Positions 48,488 through 57,561 of a stretch of DNA of 64,000 bases are shown here, one piece after another (the stretch's first letter is position 1; the number at the start of each line of letters is the position of its first letter). The stretch spans positions 975,878-1,039,877 of the forward strand of contig CBDATM010000001.1 of the NCBI GenBank assembly GCA_965200225.1. Direction: 5' to 3'. Source of the stretch: Gammaproteobacteria bacterium. Its GTDB lineage: Bacteria; Pseudomonadota; Gammaproteobacteria; Steroidobacterales; Foliamicaceae. Below the pieces are notes generated by a model. The model was not told the origin of the DNA and ran no database searches. It saw only the letters and a program-made list of their open reading frames with translations. The position numbers and the translations under genes were made by a program.

Positions 48488-49522
48488 TCAGGGCAGGATT
48501 ACGCCGCTGCCGGCCCGGATCCGGCCAATATCCCAGACCTGCTCGCCCGCCTCCTCGAGGCTCTCGCGTGCCGCATCGGCCTGGTCCGGCGACGTAGCCA
48601 GCACCATCCCGATCCCGCAGTTGAAGGTATTGAGCATTTCCCCGCGTTCCACTGGTCCTTCGCGCCCCAGCCATTCGAACACCGGGGGCCAGGGCCAGGC
48701 GCCGGTGTCGATATGGGCGGCCAGGCCCTGCGGCAGAATCCTCGCCACGTTCTCCGGCAGGCCTCCGCCGGTGATATGGGCGATGGCCTTTAGCCGGCCG
48801 GATTGCGCCAGCGGAAGCGCCGCGCGCACGTAGATTCGCGTGGGTTGGCAAAGCGCGTCAACCCACCAGCTTTCCAGAACCTTGAGGCCGCCCTTTCTCC
48901 TTATGATCTCGCGCGCCAGCGAATAGCCGTTGGAATGTGCGCCTGACGAGCCCAGGCCCAGCAGTACGTCTCCTTCCCTGACCGCGCTTGCGTCTAGCAG
49001 GCGTTCTTTTTCGACCACGCCCACGCAGAATCCCACCAGTTCCAGCCCGTCATCCATGTAGGTGTTCGGCAATTCGGCGGTCTCGCCTCCCAAGAGCGCG
49101 GCGCCGGCTTGCTTGCAGCCCTCGGCGACGCCACGCAGCACTGGCTCCAGGCGCGCCGCGTCAATGCGGTTGGCCGCGCAGTAGTCGAGGAAGAACAGGG
49201 GCTCCGCGCCCATGGCCAGGACATCGTTGGCGCACATGGCGACCAGGTCGATACCCGGCGTATCCAGACGGCCGGCTTCCTGGCACAGTTTCAGCTTGGT
49301 GCCTACGCCGTCGGCGCCGGCCACCAGCACCGGCTCCCGATACCGGCCGCCGGCCAGCTCGAACAAGCCGCCGAAGCCACCCAGCCCTCCCAGCACGCCC
49401 GGCCGGTAGGTCTGGCGGACCAGCGGACCGATGCGGCGCACGATGTCCGCGCCCCTTTCGATGTCCACGCCGGATTCACGGTAGGTGACCGGTTTGCGCA
49501 GATTCATGGAATCCGTATCCAT
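48488..49522 (-). CDS. purM: phosphoribosylformylglycinamidine cyclo-ligase (AIR synthetase)
   Basis: YRESGVDIERG, GADGVGTKL, DYCA.., GGETAE and SSGAHSNGYSL. Confidence 0.95.
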   Translation of the reverse strand: MDTDSMNLRKPVTYRESGVDIERGADIVRRIGPLVRQTYRPGVLGGLGGFGGLFELAGGRYREPVLVAGADGVGTKLKLCQEAGRLDTPGIDLVAMCANDVLAMGAEPLFFLDYCAANRIDAARLEPVLRGVAEGCKQAGAALLGGETAELPNTYMDDGLELVGFCVGVVEKERLLDASAVREGDVLLGLGSSGAHSNGYSLAREIIRRKGGLKVLESWWVDALCQPTRIYVRAALPLAQSGRLKAIAHITGGGLPENVARILPQGLAAHIDTGAWPWPPVFEWLGREGPVERGEMLNTFNCGIGMVLATSPDQADAARESLEEAGEQVWDIGRIRAGSGVILP

Positions 49523-49546
49523 TCAATTGGTGCCCAGCGCCCTATA

Positions 49547-50560
49547 ATGCCTTTTTCCATGCTCTCGCGCATCGTGCCTTACGCCCTGGCTCCTCACGCG
49601 TTGGCCTTGACGCTGTTCCTGGCGTGCGCAGCCGCCGCGAGCGAAGCGCCGTTTCGCGCCGTCGCGCCATTGAACGAGCCCGGTCCGGCGGGCGAGGAAA
49701 GCGCCTTGCAGGATGCCTTGGGGCGCTTGCTGATTCGGGTGACCGGGCGCCGCGACGCTGCCGATCTGATGGGGCTCTTTCCACCCGCGGCGCGTATCGT
49801 GCGGCAGTATCGCGTTGTGGAAGGCAGCCGACTGGAGGCGGAATTCGACGAAGCACTTGTGCGTCGGGTCCTGGAAGAGGCCAACGAAAGCGTATGGGAC
49901 GGGGAGCGTCCGGCGCTGGCGGTCTGGCTGGTTCTTGACGATGGCGAGAGGTGGCTTTTGCGGCCCATGGAATTCAGCGAAGGGTCGGCCAGGGCGCTGG
50001 ACGCCAGAGGCGTTTTCAGCGATGCGCTCAACCGCACCCTGGGTGAGGTATCGGAGTTGAGAGGCGTTGAGCTTCGTTTCGCTGCGCCGCTGGAACAGGT
50101 CCTTGCGCCGCGATGCCTCGAGCAGCTGTGGACGGGCTTTTTTGACTGCCTCCCGGATGCCGGCGCCGAACTGCTGATGCTTGGACGGGTTGCCATGCCC
50201 AGCGCGCCCGAAGATGTCGAGTGGAGCCTGCGCGAAAACGGCCAGTGGGGTCGCGTGTGGGAGAGCGACGCGGCCGAGGCGGTCCACACTGTCACCGATA
50301 TGCTGGCTGCCCGCTTCATGGCCACCAGGGGACCCACGCGCTCGTATCTGCTGGTGGTTTCCCCGGTAGCTGATCTGAAGACCTACGTCAGGATTCGGAC
50401 GGAACTGGACGCTCTGAGCGCCGTTCGGGAGTGGCGCGTGGACGGCGCCGTGCGCGATTCGCTCCGATTTCGCATCACTTCCCGCACCGCCGAGGGGCCA
50501 CTTCGCGAGGCCCTGGGCTCTCTTGGCATTCCCTTCGAGTTGAGCAGGGTGGACTCATGA
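49547..50560 (+). CDS. DUF2066-like exported protein
   Basis: A signal peptide (MPFSMLSRIVPYALAPHALALTLFLACAAAA). Its position divergent from purM and upstream of hda matches what I recall for DUF2066 genes. The earlier part of the 483-aa ORF is antisense to purM. Confidence 0.55.
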   Translation: MPFSMLSRIVPYALAPHALALTLFLACAAAASEAPFRAVAPLNEPGPAGEESALQDALGRLLIRVTGRRDAADLMGLFPPAARIVRQYRVVEGSRLEAEFDEALVRRVLEEANESVWDGERPALAVWLVLDDGERWLLRPMEFSEGSARALDARGVFSDALNRTLGEVSELRGVELRFAAPLEQVLAPRCLEQLWTGFFDCLPDAGAELLMLGRVAMPSAPEDVEWSLRENGQWGRVWESDAAEAVHTVTDMLAARFMATRGPTRSYLLVVSPVADLKTYVRIRTELDALSAVREWRVDGAVRDSLRFRITSRTAEGPLREALGSLGIPFELSRVDS

Positions 50561-51843
50561 GCCTCGTTCGGCACATTCCCAACTTGATCTGCGTTTTCCG
50601 GTTGCTGCTTACGGTCGTTATCGTGGCGGGCCTGCTTGAGGGACGCTATGGGGAGGCGCTGCTGCTCGTGGTGCTTGCGGGATTTTCCGACTGGCTGGAT
50701 GGTTTTCTGGCGAAACGCTGGCGGCTGGACAGCTTTCTGGGGTCGGTCCTGGATCCCATGGCCGACAAGATTCTGCTCGCCAGCGTCTACGTGACCCTGG
50801 CCGTTCTTGCGCATATTCCCGTCTGGCTGGCGGTTACCGTCATTGCGCGTGATCTGGTGATCTTTGGTGGCTGGCAGCTCTTCCGCGCGCTGCGTGGCGA
50901 ACTCCATCCGCGGCCGTCGCGGGTCAGCCGCATCAACACGGTGCTGCAGATCAGCCTGGGCGTTGCCGTGATCGCCACGCAGGTTTCCCCGGAGTTTCTG
51001 CCTCCGGGGGCGATTGAGGTGGGGGGCGCGCTGGTTTTGCTGTTTGCGGTGTTGAGCGGCGTGGATTACGTATTGAAGGGAACGCTTCTGGCCGCTCAGC
51101 GCAAGCGCGACCAGATCGAGGGCAGCGCGGTCCCGGCAGAGCAGTTGCCGCTCGAACTCATCCGCGAAGATCCCTGCGTGTTCGAGAACTTCTACAACGG
51201 CAGCAATGCAGAGGTGGTGTCCGCGCTCAAGGGGTTTGTCGACCAGGATGGAGGGCCGCCGCTGTGGTTATGGGGCGCTCCGGCCACCGGCAAGACTCAT
51301 TTGCTGCTGGCGACGGTGAGGGCGGCTACCGATGCGGGACTTTCGTCGGCCTACCTGCCCGCCCACGCCGGTTTCAAGCCCGACGCCCTGGACGCATTGC
51401 GCAAGATCGACCTGCTGTGCATCGACGACGCCGACCGTCTGGCGGGGGTGTCGGAGGTGGAGGAAGCGATGGGCAGCCTTTGCCGGGAACTGGAGAGACA
51501 GGGGTCTCGCCTGATCCTGGCGGCCGCCAGCACGCCGGCCGGCGCCGGCTATCAGCGCGACGACATCCGCACGCGCCTGGCCTCGGGGCCGATCTGGAAA
51601 CTGCATCCGCTTACCGATGACGAACGCCTGGAGGCCGTGCAGTTGCGGGTGCGCAGCCGTGGAATCATCTTGCCCGAAGCCACCGCGCGTTTCCTGTTGC
51701 GCCGAGTGCGGCGCAACCCCGGCGACGTTTTCCTTCTGGTGGACAGTTTGGCCGCCCTGGCCGCGGCGCGCAGCAAGCAGCTTACCGTGCCCTTCGTGCG
51801 GCTGGCATTGCGCGAAGGCATGGTTCAGCCGCGCCGCGGTTAG
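50557..51843 (+). CDS. hda: single ORF: CDP-alcohol phosphatidyltransferase domain fused to Hda (DnaA regulatory inactivator)
   Basis: The N-terminal ~185 aa carry DWLDGFLAK-x8-G-SVL-D-PMA-D plus hydrophobic helices. QLPLEL (clamp-binding-type motif) follows, then an AAA+ module with GAPATGKTHLL and LLCIDDADRL. There is no in-frame stop between the two halves. The ATG overlaps the upstream stop as ATGA. Confidence 0.75.
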   Translation: MSLVRHIPNLICVFRLLLTVVIVAGLLEGRYGEALLLVVLAGFSDWLDGFLAKRWRLDSFLGSVLDPMADKILLASVYVTLAVLAHIPVWLAVTVIARDLVIFGGWQLFRALRGELHPRPSRVSRINTVLQISLGVAVIATQVSPEFLPPGAIEVGGALVLLFAVLSGVDYVLKGTLLAAQRKRDQIEGSAVPAEQLPLELIREDPCVFENFYNGSNAEVVSALKGFVDQDGGPPLWLWGAPATGKTHLLLATVRAATDAGLSSAYLPAHAGFKPDALDALRKIDLLCIDDADRLAGVSEVEEAMGSLCRELERQGSRLILAAASTPAGAGYQRDDIRTRLASGPIWKLHPLTDDERLEAVQLRVRSRGIILPEATARFLLRRVRRNPGDVFLLVDSLAALAAARSKQLTVPFVRLALREGMVQPRRG

Positions 51844-51849
51844 CCCGGA

Positions 51850-54498
51850 TCAGCCGGCATCCGCGAGTTCCGCCGCAAGGGCCGCGTGCAGCGCCTTTTC
51901 TTGCAGACCCGACAGCGGCTCCCTTTCATCGTTGATCAGGTGAAACACGTCTTCGGCGCGTTCTCCGATGGTGAGTATCTTGGCCGTGCGCACCGCGATG
52001 TTCTGGCGCGTCAATATTCCCCCCACCAGGCCGAGCAACCCGGGCCGGTCCGTCGTGACCAGTTCCATGACCGTATGCCGCCCGCGGAGATCTTCCCGGA
52101 AGCTCGCCTGCACCCCCACGTCAAAGGCTCGCAGCTTGCGCGGAAGCCGTCGCCCCGCCGGCCGTGGAGGCGGTTCGCCCCGGGCCAGCGCCTGGCGCAG
52201 AGCCCCGCAGATCGCGTCCAGTTGCCGCCGGTCGCGAAGCGCCGCCCCGTCGCGCTGTACCACCAGGTACTGAGCCAGACTGCACTCCTGGCCTGAGGGC
52301 AGGATGCGTGCGTCGAGGATACTCAGTCCCCCGGCGTCGAGCACCGAGCAGGTAATGAAAAATCGATGCACGGCCGCCGGTCCATGCACCAGGATGGCCG
52401 TGTGGCCGTCGGCGGCATCAGCGCGCGCGGCTACCATGAAACCGTCTGCTGCCGCCGCGCCGTTACTCAAGGCCTGCGTGTGCCAGACAATCTCGTCGTC
52501 GCGGAACAGCCAGAAGTAGTCTTCCGCGAAGCGGCCCCACAGCGCGCGCACATCGTGTTCGCGCATTCCCCGTCCGCGCAACTCGCGCAGAGCGGCGCGC
52601 TCGCGTTCCGCCAGCAGTTCCCCGGCCCCGCTGGGGTGCTCGATATTCATGCGCAAGGCTCGCTCCGTCTGGCGATAGAGGTCCTCGAACACGCGCGCCT
52701 TCCAGGCAGTCCAGAGGCTCGGGTTGGTCCCGCGCACATCCGCCACCGTGAGCAGATAGAGGTGGTCGAGACGAGCCTTGTCGCCCACCAGGCGGGCAAA
52801 TTCCGCGACCACCGCCGGATCGTACACGTCCTTCTTCTGAGCGGTCATCGAAAGCGTGAGGTGGTGGCGCACCAGCCAGACCACCAGTGCGGTGTCGCCG
52901 GGTTCCAGTCCATGGTCCCGCGAAAATCGTTCCGCGTCATCGGCGCCGAGTTCGGAGTGATCCCCGCCGCGGCCCTTGGCGATATCGTGATAGAGGCCCG
53001 CTACGTACAGCACCAGCGGTTTCTCTATCCCCTGCATGATTTTCGTCAGCCTGGAGTCCCGGCCGCCGTCGTTCGCAATGCCGAAGCGGCGCAGGTTGCG
53101 GACTACCCGCAGGCTGTGCGCATCGACCGTGTAGCTGTGAAAAAGGTCGTACTGCATCCTTCCCGTTATCCGGCCGAATTCCGGGATGTACGCGCCCAGA
53201 ATGCCGTAGCGGTTCATGGCTTCCAGTTGGCTGGACGCGTCCGGAGGCGCCGCCAGGATCTTCATGAACATTCGGCGGATTCTCGGGTTGGCGCGGAAGC
53301 TGTCGTCGATCCTGGGCGCGCTCTCGATCAGTCCCTCCACCAGCCCGGCGCTGAAGCCGCTGATGTCCGGTTGCTGCTGGCGGAGCAGGAACGGTTCCAG
53401 GACCGCCTGGGGCGATGCCTCGAACAGGTCCGGCCTTCTGGGGTGAAGGAAACCGTTGCGCAAGATGAAGCGCGCATTCAGCCTGCGCGCGCCGCGCCGG
53501 GCAGGTACGATGCGTTCTCCCAGGCGCTGGATCGCGATTTCGCTGAGCAGAGATACGCTGCGCGTGGTGCGGTAATAGCGCTGCATGAACTGTTCCACGG
53601 CGCGGTTGCCGGTGCGGTCGTGGTAGCCGAAGGCCGCGGCCAGTTGCTTTTGGTGGCCGAACAGCAGCCGGTCCTCCATGCGGCCGGTGTTCAGATGCAG
53701 GGCAAGGCGGACTCTCGACAGAAAATCCCGTCCCGCGCGCAGCTCCCGAAGTTTTTCCGGCGACATCAGGCCGTGGTCCAGCAGCATTTCCAGCGAGGCC
53801 TCCCCGAAAAGCCGCAGCATGATCCAGTTGACGGTGTGCAGGTCCCTGAGCCCGCCGGGTCCGTTCTTCACATCCGGTTCCAGGTTGGACGCCGTATCGC
53901 CGTGCTCGCGCCGCCTTTCGGCCTGCTCCTCGACCTTGGCGCGGAAGAACGGGCCCCGCGTCCACACGCCTCGGCCGTTGATCGCCTTGCGCAGTTGTTC
54001 GAACAGGCGCTGGGAGCCGGTCAAAAGGCGGGCTTCCATCAGCGCGGTCATAATGGTGAGATCGCCGCGCGCCCGGTCGCGCGATTCCGCGACGGTCCGG
54101 GCGCCATGCCCCAGCTTGAGCCCTGCATCCCACAGAAAAGCCAGGAATTCGCCTACCTCGGCGCGCGCTCCCCGGGAATACCTCTGCGGCAGCAGCACCA
54201 GCACATCCACGTCCGAGGCCGGGTACATTTCCGCGCGGCCGTAACCTCCAACCGCAATCAGCGCTGCGCTTCGCAAAGCCGGCCCGGCGTGCAGCCGCCA
54301 GACCTCGCAAAGCAAGGAGTCCAGCAGCTCCGAGCGCAGCCTCAAGAGGTCTTCCGCGCTTTTTTCCCGGTTCTCGAACCAGCCTCGCATCTGCCGCTCC
54401 TGCGCCTCGATGCGGCTTCGCCAGTCACGCAGGCTGGCCCGCCGCCGCCGTGTGGCGGTGTCCGCCTCCTGCGCCTGAGTGGCGCGCTCAGGGTTCAA
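51850..54498 (-). CDS. glnD: bifunctional [protein-PII] uridylyltransferase/uridylyl-removing enzyme
   Basis: 882 aa with a nucleotidyltransferase region (GGYGRAEMYPASDVDVLVL), an HD domain (HDIAKG) and two C-terminal ACT-like regions. Confidence 0.95.
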   Translation of the reverse strand: MNPERATQAQEADTATRRRRASLRDWRSRIEAQERQMRGWFENREKSAEDLLRLRSELLDSLLCEVWRLHAGPALRSAALIAVGGYGRAEMYPASDVDVLVLLPQRYSRGARAEVGEFLAFLWDAGLKLGHGARTVAESRDRARGDLTIMTALMEARLLTGSQRLFEQLRKAINGRGVWTRGPFFRAKVEEQAERRREHGDTASNLEPDVKNGPGGLRDLHTVNWIMLRLFGEASLEMLLDHGLMSPEKLRELRAGRDFLSRVRLALHLNTGRMEDRLLFGHQKQLAAAFGYHDRTGNRAVEQFMQRYYRTTRSVSLLSEIAIQRLGERIVPARRGARRLNARFILRNGFLHPRRPDLFEASPQAVLEPFLLRQQQPDISGFSAGLVEGLIESAPRIDDSFRANPRIRRMFMKILAAPPDASSQLEAMNRYGILGAYIPEFGRITGRMQYDLFHSYTVDAHSLRVVRNLRRFGIANDGGRDSRLTKIMQGIEKPLVLYVAGLYHDIAKGRGGDHSELGADDAERFSRDHGLEPGDTALVVWLVRHHLTLSMTAQKKDVYDPAVVAEFARLVGDKARLDHLYLLTVADVRGTNPSLWTAWKARVFEDLYRQTERALRMNIEHPSGAGELLAERERAALRELRGRGMREHDVRALWGRFAEDYFWLFRDDEIVWHTQALSNGAAAADGFMVAARADAADGHTAILVHGPAAVHRFFITCSVLDAGGLSILDARILPSGQECSLAQYLVVQRDGAALRDRRQLDAICGALRQALARGEPPPRPAGRRLPRKLRAFDVGVQASFREDLRGRHTVMELVTTDRPGLLGLVGGILTRQNIAVRTAKILTIGERAEDVFHLINDEREPLSGLQEKALHAALAAELADAG

Positions 54499-55279
54499 GC
54501 GGACCTGCTCCCAGAGTCAGGACCTCGTAGCCCCGGGCGGTTACCAGCACCGTGTGCTCCCACTGCGCCGACAGTTTCCGGTCGCGCGTCACCACCGTCC
54601 ATCCGTCGGGCAGCAGCAGTGTTTCAGGTTTGCCTTCGTTCAACATGGGTTCCACCGTGATGGTCATCCCTTCCCGCAGGAGCATGCCGGTGCCGGGTTT
54701 TCCGTAGTGCAGCACGTTGGGCGGCTCGTGAAACACGCGGCCTATGCCGTGACCGCAGTATTCGCGCACCACGCTCAGACCCTGCGATTCGGCCAGCGTC
54801 TGGATGGCATGTCCGACATCGCCCAGCCGCTTGCCGGGCGCGATCTGGCGTATTCCCGCCCACATGGCCTCGAAGGTGATCCGGGCCAGGCGCTTGGCCT
54901 TGATGCGCGGCCGGCCCACGTGAAAGATCCGGCTGGTGTCGCCGTGAAAGCCGTCCTTGATCACGGTGATGTCGATATTGAGCATGTCTCCGTGCCGCAG
55001 CCGCCGCCTGCCGGGGATTCCGTGGCAGACCACCTGGTTCAGCGAAGTGCAAATCGAGCGCGGAAATCCGCGGTAGTTCAGCGGCGCCGGTATGGCCTGC
55101 TGCTCTTCGGTGATGTACTGGTGGCAGATCCGGTCCAGCTCCCCGGTGCTGGTTCCTGGGCGCACATGGGCTTCGATCATGTCCAGCACCTCGGCCGCAA
55201 GCCCTCCTGCAACGCGCATGCGCTCCTGTTCCTCGGCGGACTTGATGGTGACTTGCGTGAGTTGCGGGGCTCGTGTCAT
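54488..55279 (-). CDS. map: type I methionine aminopeptidase
   Basis: 263 aa starting at MTRAPQL. VCHGIP, NIDITVIKDGFHGDTS, CGHGIG and EPM..EHTVLVT are present. It overlaps the glnD start by 11 nt. Confidence 0.95.
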   Translation of the reverse strand: MTRAPQLTQVTIKSAEEQERMRVAGGLAAEVLDMIEAHVRPGTSTGELDRICHQYITEEQQAIPAPLNYRGFPRSICTSLNQVVCHGIPGRRRLRHGDMLNIDITVIKDGFHGDTSRIFHVGRPRIKAKRLARITFEAMWAGIRQIAPGKRLGDVGHAIQTLAESQGLSVVREYCGHGIGRVFHEPPNVLHYGKPGTGMLLREGMTITVEPMLNEGKPETLLLPDGWTVVTRDRKLSAQWEHTVLVTARGYEVLTLGAGPLEP

Positions 55280-55525
55280 AACCGGCTCATATTGTCGGCG
55301 CATGTTCTTGTTGTGGACCAATAGTAGCGCGCAAGCAGCCAGGTCGCTCCCAGAAAATAATCGCCGGTGCGGCGCGCATGGCGCGCATGACCGTGCAGCG
55401 CCAGTGTCCAATGTTATAAAATCGGTCTTTTGCTTCGGGAAGTGGGGCTGCTGACATGCTGTCGCTGTCCTTGCGGTTTCCTGATCGCTGACCGAAGCGC
55501 CTTGGAGATTCACAGGAGCAAGCGA

Positions 55526-56605
55526 TTGGCGGAAATCACCGTGCGTGAAATGTTGGATGCGGGCGTGCATTTCGGGCACCGTGCAAGGCATTGGAACCCG
55601 AAAATGGCGCCTTTCATATATGGCGAGCGCAACCAGCTTCATATTATCGACCTGGAGCAGACCATTCCGCTCTACCGGAAGACCTGTGACTTTGTGCGGT
55701 CGGTGGCGGCGCAGCGCGGCACCGTGCTGTTCGTGGGGACCAAGCGCGCCGCGCAGCACGCGATACGCAACGAAGCCACGCGCTGCGGCATGCCGTACGT
55801 CAGTCACCGCTGGCTGGGCGGCACGCTCACCAACCTCAAGACGATCAAGAAGTCGATCGCCCGGCTGGAGGAGCTTGAGGCGCTGGATGAGAGCACCATG
55901 CGCCAGCGCTTCACCAAGAAGGAAGTCCTCGGGCTGAATCGCGAACGGGAGAAACTGCAGCGCTCCCTGGGCGGAATCCGCGACATGAATTCCCTCCCGG
56001 ATGCGGTTTTCATAATCGACCTGGAGCATGAGCGCATCGCGCTGAACGAGGCCAGAAAACTCGGCATTCCCGTCGCCGCGGTAGTGGACACCAATTGTTC
56101 GCCGCAGGACGTGGACTACATGATTCCCGGCAACGATGACGCGATTCGGGCCGCGGAACTCTACGCCCGCGGAATCGCCGACGCAATCATGAAGGGCCGG
56201 GAAGAAATGCCGGAAATCTCGCTGGGCGACGACGAGTTCGTGGAACTGGACGAGTCCGGCAAACCGATAGCCAGGACCGGACGGCCCCGCTCGAGGTCCA
56301 GCGCGCCGGCCCGGTTACGCGGCATGTCCAGGCGAATGCCGCGGCGCACGGCAGCGGTGGCCCGGGAGCGCGAGGACCGCAAGCCCGCCGAAGCCGCACC
56401 TCGCCCGCCGGCAGAGGCCGCGCCCAAACCGCCCGCCGCCGCAGGAGCTGCCCCTCAACCGCCCGCCCAAGCTGCCCCCAAACCACCTGCTGCTGCGGCG
56501 CCGGCATCCGCGCCGGCTCCCAAGCCCGCCGCTGCGCCCGCACCTGCATCCGAGCCCGCCGCTGCGCCCGAGCCCGCCGCTGCGCCCGCTACCAAGGAGA
56601 GTTAG
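55526..56605 (+). CDS. rpsB: 30S ribosomal protein S2 with a long Ala/Pro-rich C-terminal extension
   Basis: TTG start 7 nt after AGGAG. The sequence MAEITVREMLDAGVHFGHRARHWNPKM.. is followed, after a normal S2 body (~250 aa), by ~110 aa of basic then APKPPAAA-type low-complexity sequence. Confidence 0.92.
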   Translation: MAEITVREMLDAGVHFGHRARHWNPKMAPFIYGERNQLHIIDLEQTIPLYRKTCDFVRSVAAQRGTVLFVGTKRAAQHAIRNEATRCGMPYVSHRWLGGTLTNLKTIKKSIARLEELEALDESTMRQRFTKKEVLGLNREREKLQRSLGGIRDMNSLPDAVFIIDLEHERIALNEARKLGIPVAAVVDTNCSPQDVDYMIPGNDDAIRAAELYARGIADAIMKGREEMPEISLGDDEFVELDESGKPIARTGRPRSRSSAPARLRGMSRRMPRRTAAVAREREDRKPAEAAPRPPAEAAPKPPAAAGAAPQPPAQAAPKPPAAAAPASAPAPKPAAAPAPASEPAAAPEPAAAPATKES

Positions 56606-56607
56606 GC

Positions 56608-57480
56608 ATGGCCATTACCGCTGCCCAGGTCAAGGCGCTTCGGGAAGCCACGGGCGCAGGCATGATGGACTGCAAGCGCGCGCTTACCGAAACCAACGGC
56701 GACGCGGAAGCCGCACGCAACCTGTTGCGCATGAAAGGCGCGGCCGCGGCGGAAAAGAAGGCCGGTCGGGCCGCAGCGGAAGGCGTGATCGCGGTAGTGG
56801 AGAGCCCCGCCGCCGTAGCTATCGCTGAAGTGAATTGCGAGACCGATTTTGTAGCGCGCCGCCAGGAGTTCCAGGACTACGCGGCGTCGGTTGCGCAGAT
56901 CGTCCTGGACGAGGATCCCGCTGATCTCGATGGCCTGCTCGCCTTGCAGGTTAACGGACAGTCGCTCGAGCAGACGCGCCGGGACGCAGTGGCCCGGATC
57001 GGCGAGAACATTTCGCTGCGCCGATTCGCCCGCGTGCGTCCACGCGGAACGATAGTGACCTATGTCCACAACAACCGTATCGGCGTCGTTGTGGACATTG
57101 AAGGCGGCGACGAGGAACTGGGCCGGAACATCGCCATGCACATCGCAGCCATGCGGCCGCAGCACGTTGCTCCCGAAGACGTGCCGTCGGACGTGGTGGA
57201 ACGCGAACGCGCCTTTCTGACCGAGCAAGCCGCCGACTCCGGCAAGCCCCCGCAGATCGTCGAGCGTATGGTCGAAGGCCGTTTGCGCAAGTTCCTCAGC
57301 GGCATCTGCCTGACCGGGCAGATTTTCGTGCGCGACAGCAAACTCACTGTAGGCAAGCTGCTCGCCTCGCAAAAGGCCCGCGTGCACGGATTCGTGCGAT
57401 TCGAAGTAGGCGAAGGCATCGAACGCCGCACAACCGATCTCGCAGAAGAGGTAGAAGCCCAACTCCGCGAATACGAGTGA
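56608..57480 (+). CDS. tsf: elongation factor Ts
   Basis: ITAAQVKALREATGAGMMDCKRAL and EVNCETDFVA. Confidence 0.95.
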   Translation: MAITAAQVKALREATGAGMMDCKRALTETNGDAEAARNLLRMKGAAAAEKKAGRAAAEGVIAVVESPAAVAIAEVNCETDFVARRQEFQDYAASVAQIVLDEDPADLDGLLALQVNGQSLEQTRRDAVARIGENISLRRFARVRPRGTIVTYVHNNRIGVVVDIEGGDEELGRNIAMHIAAMRPQHVAPEDVPSDVVERERAFLTEQAADSGKPPQIVERMVEGRLRKFLSGICLTGQIFVRDSKLTVGKLLASQKARVHGFVRFEVGEGIERRTTDLAEEVEAQLREYE

Positions 57481-57561
57481 GCCCAACCCCTTGATTCAGA
57501 CGGAAGACCGCAGCGCGGCGCTTCTGCGCCAAAGCGGCAAACCGGCGAATCCAACAGCCCG

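Noticed and set aside
55432-55498. A long-range helix, GCTTCGG (55432-55438) pairing with CCGAAGC (55492-55498), in the rpsB 5' leader downstream of a TGTTATAAAAT -10-like box. It might be an S2 autoregulatory leader.
   Set aside because: The idea is plausible, but I cannot verify the conserved leader motif from memory or compute a fold. It needs an Rfam or covariance-model search.
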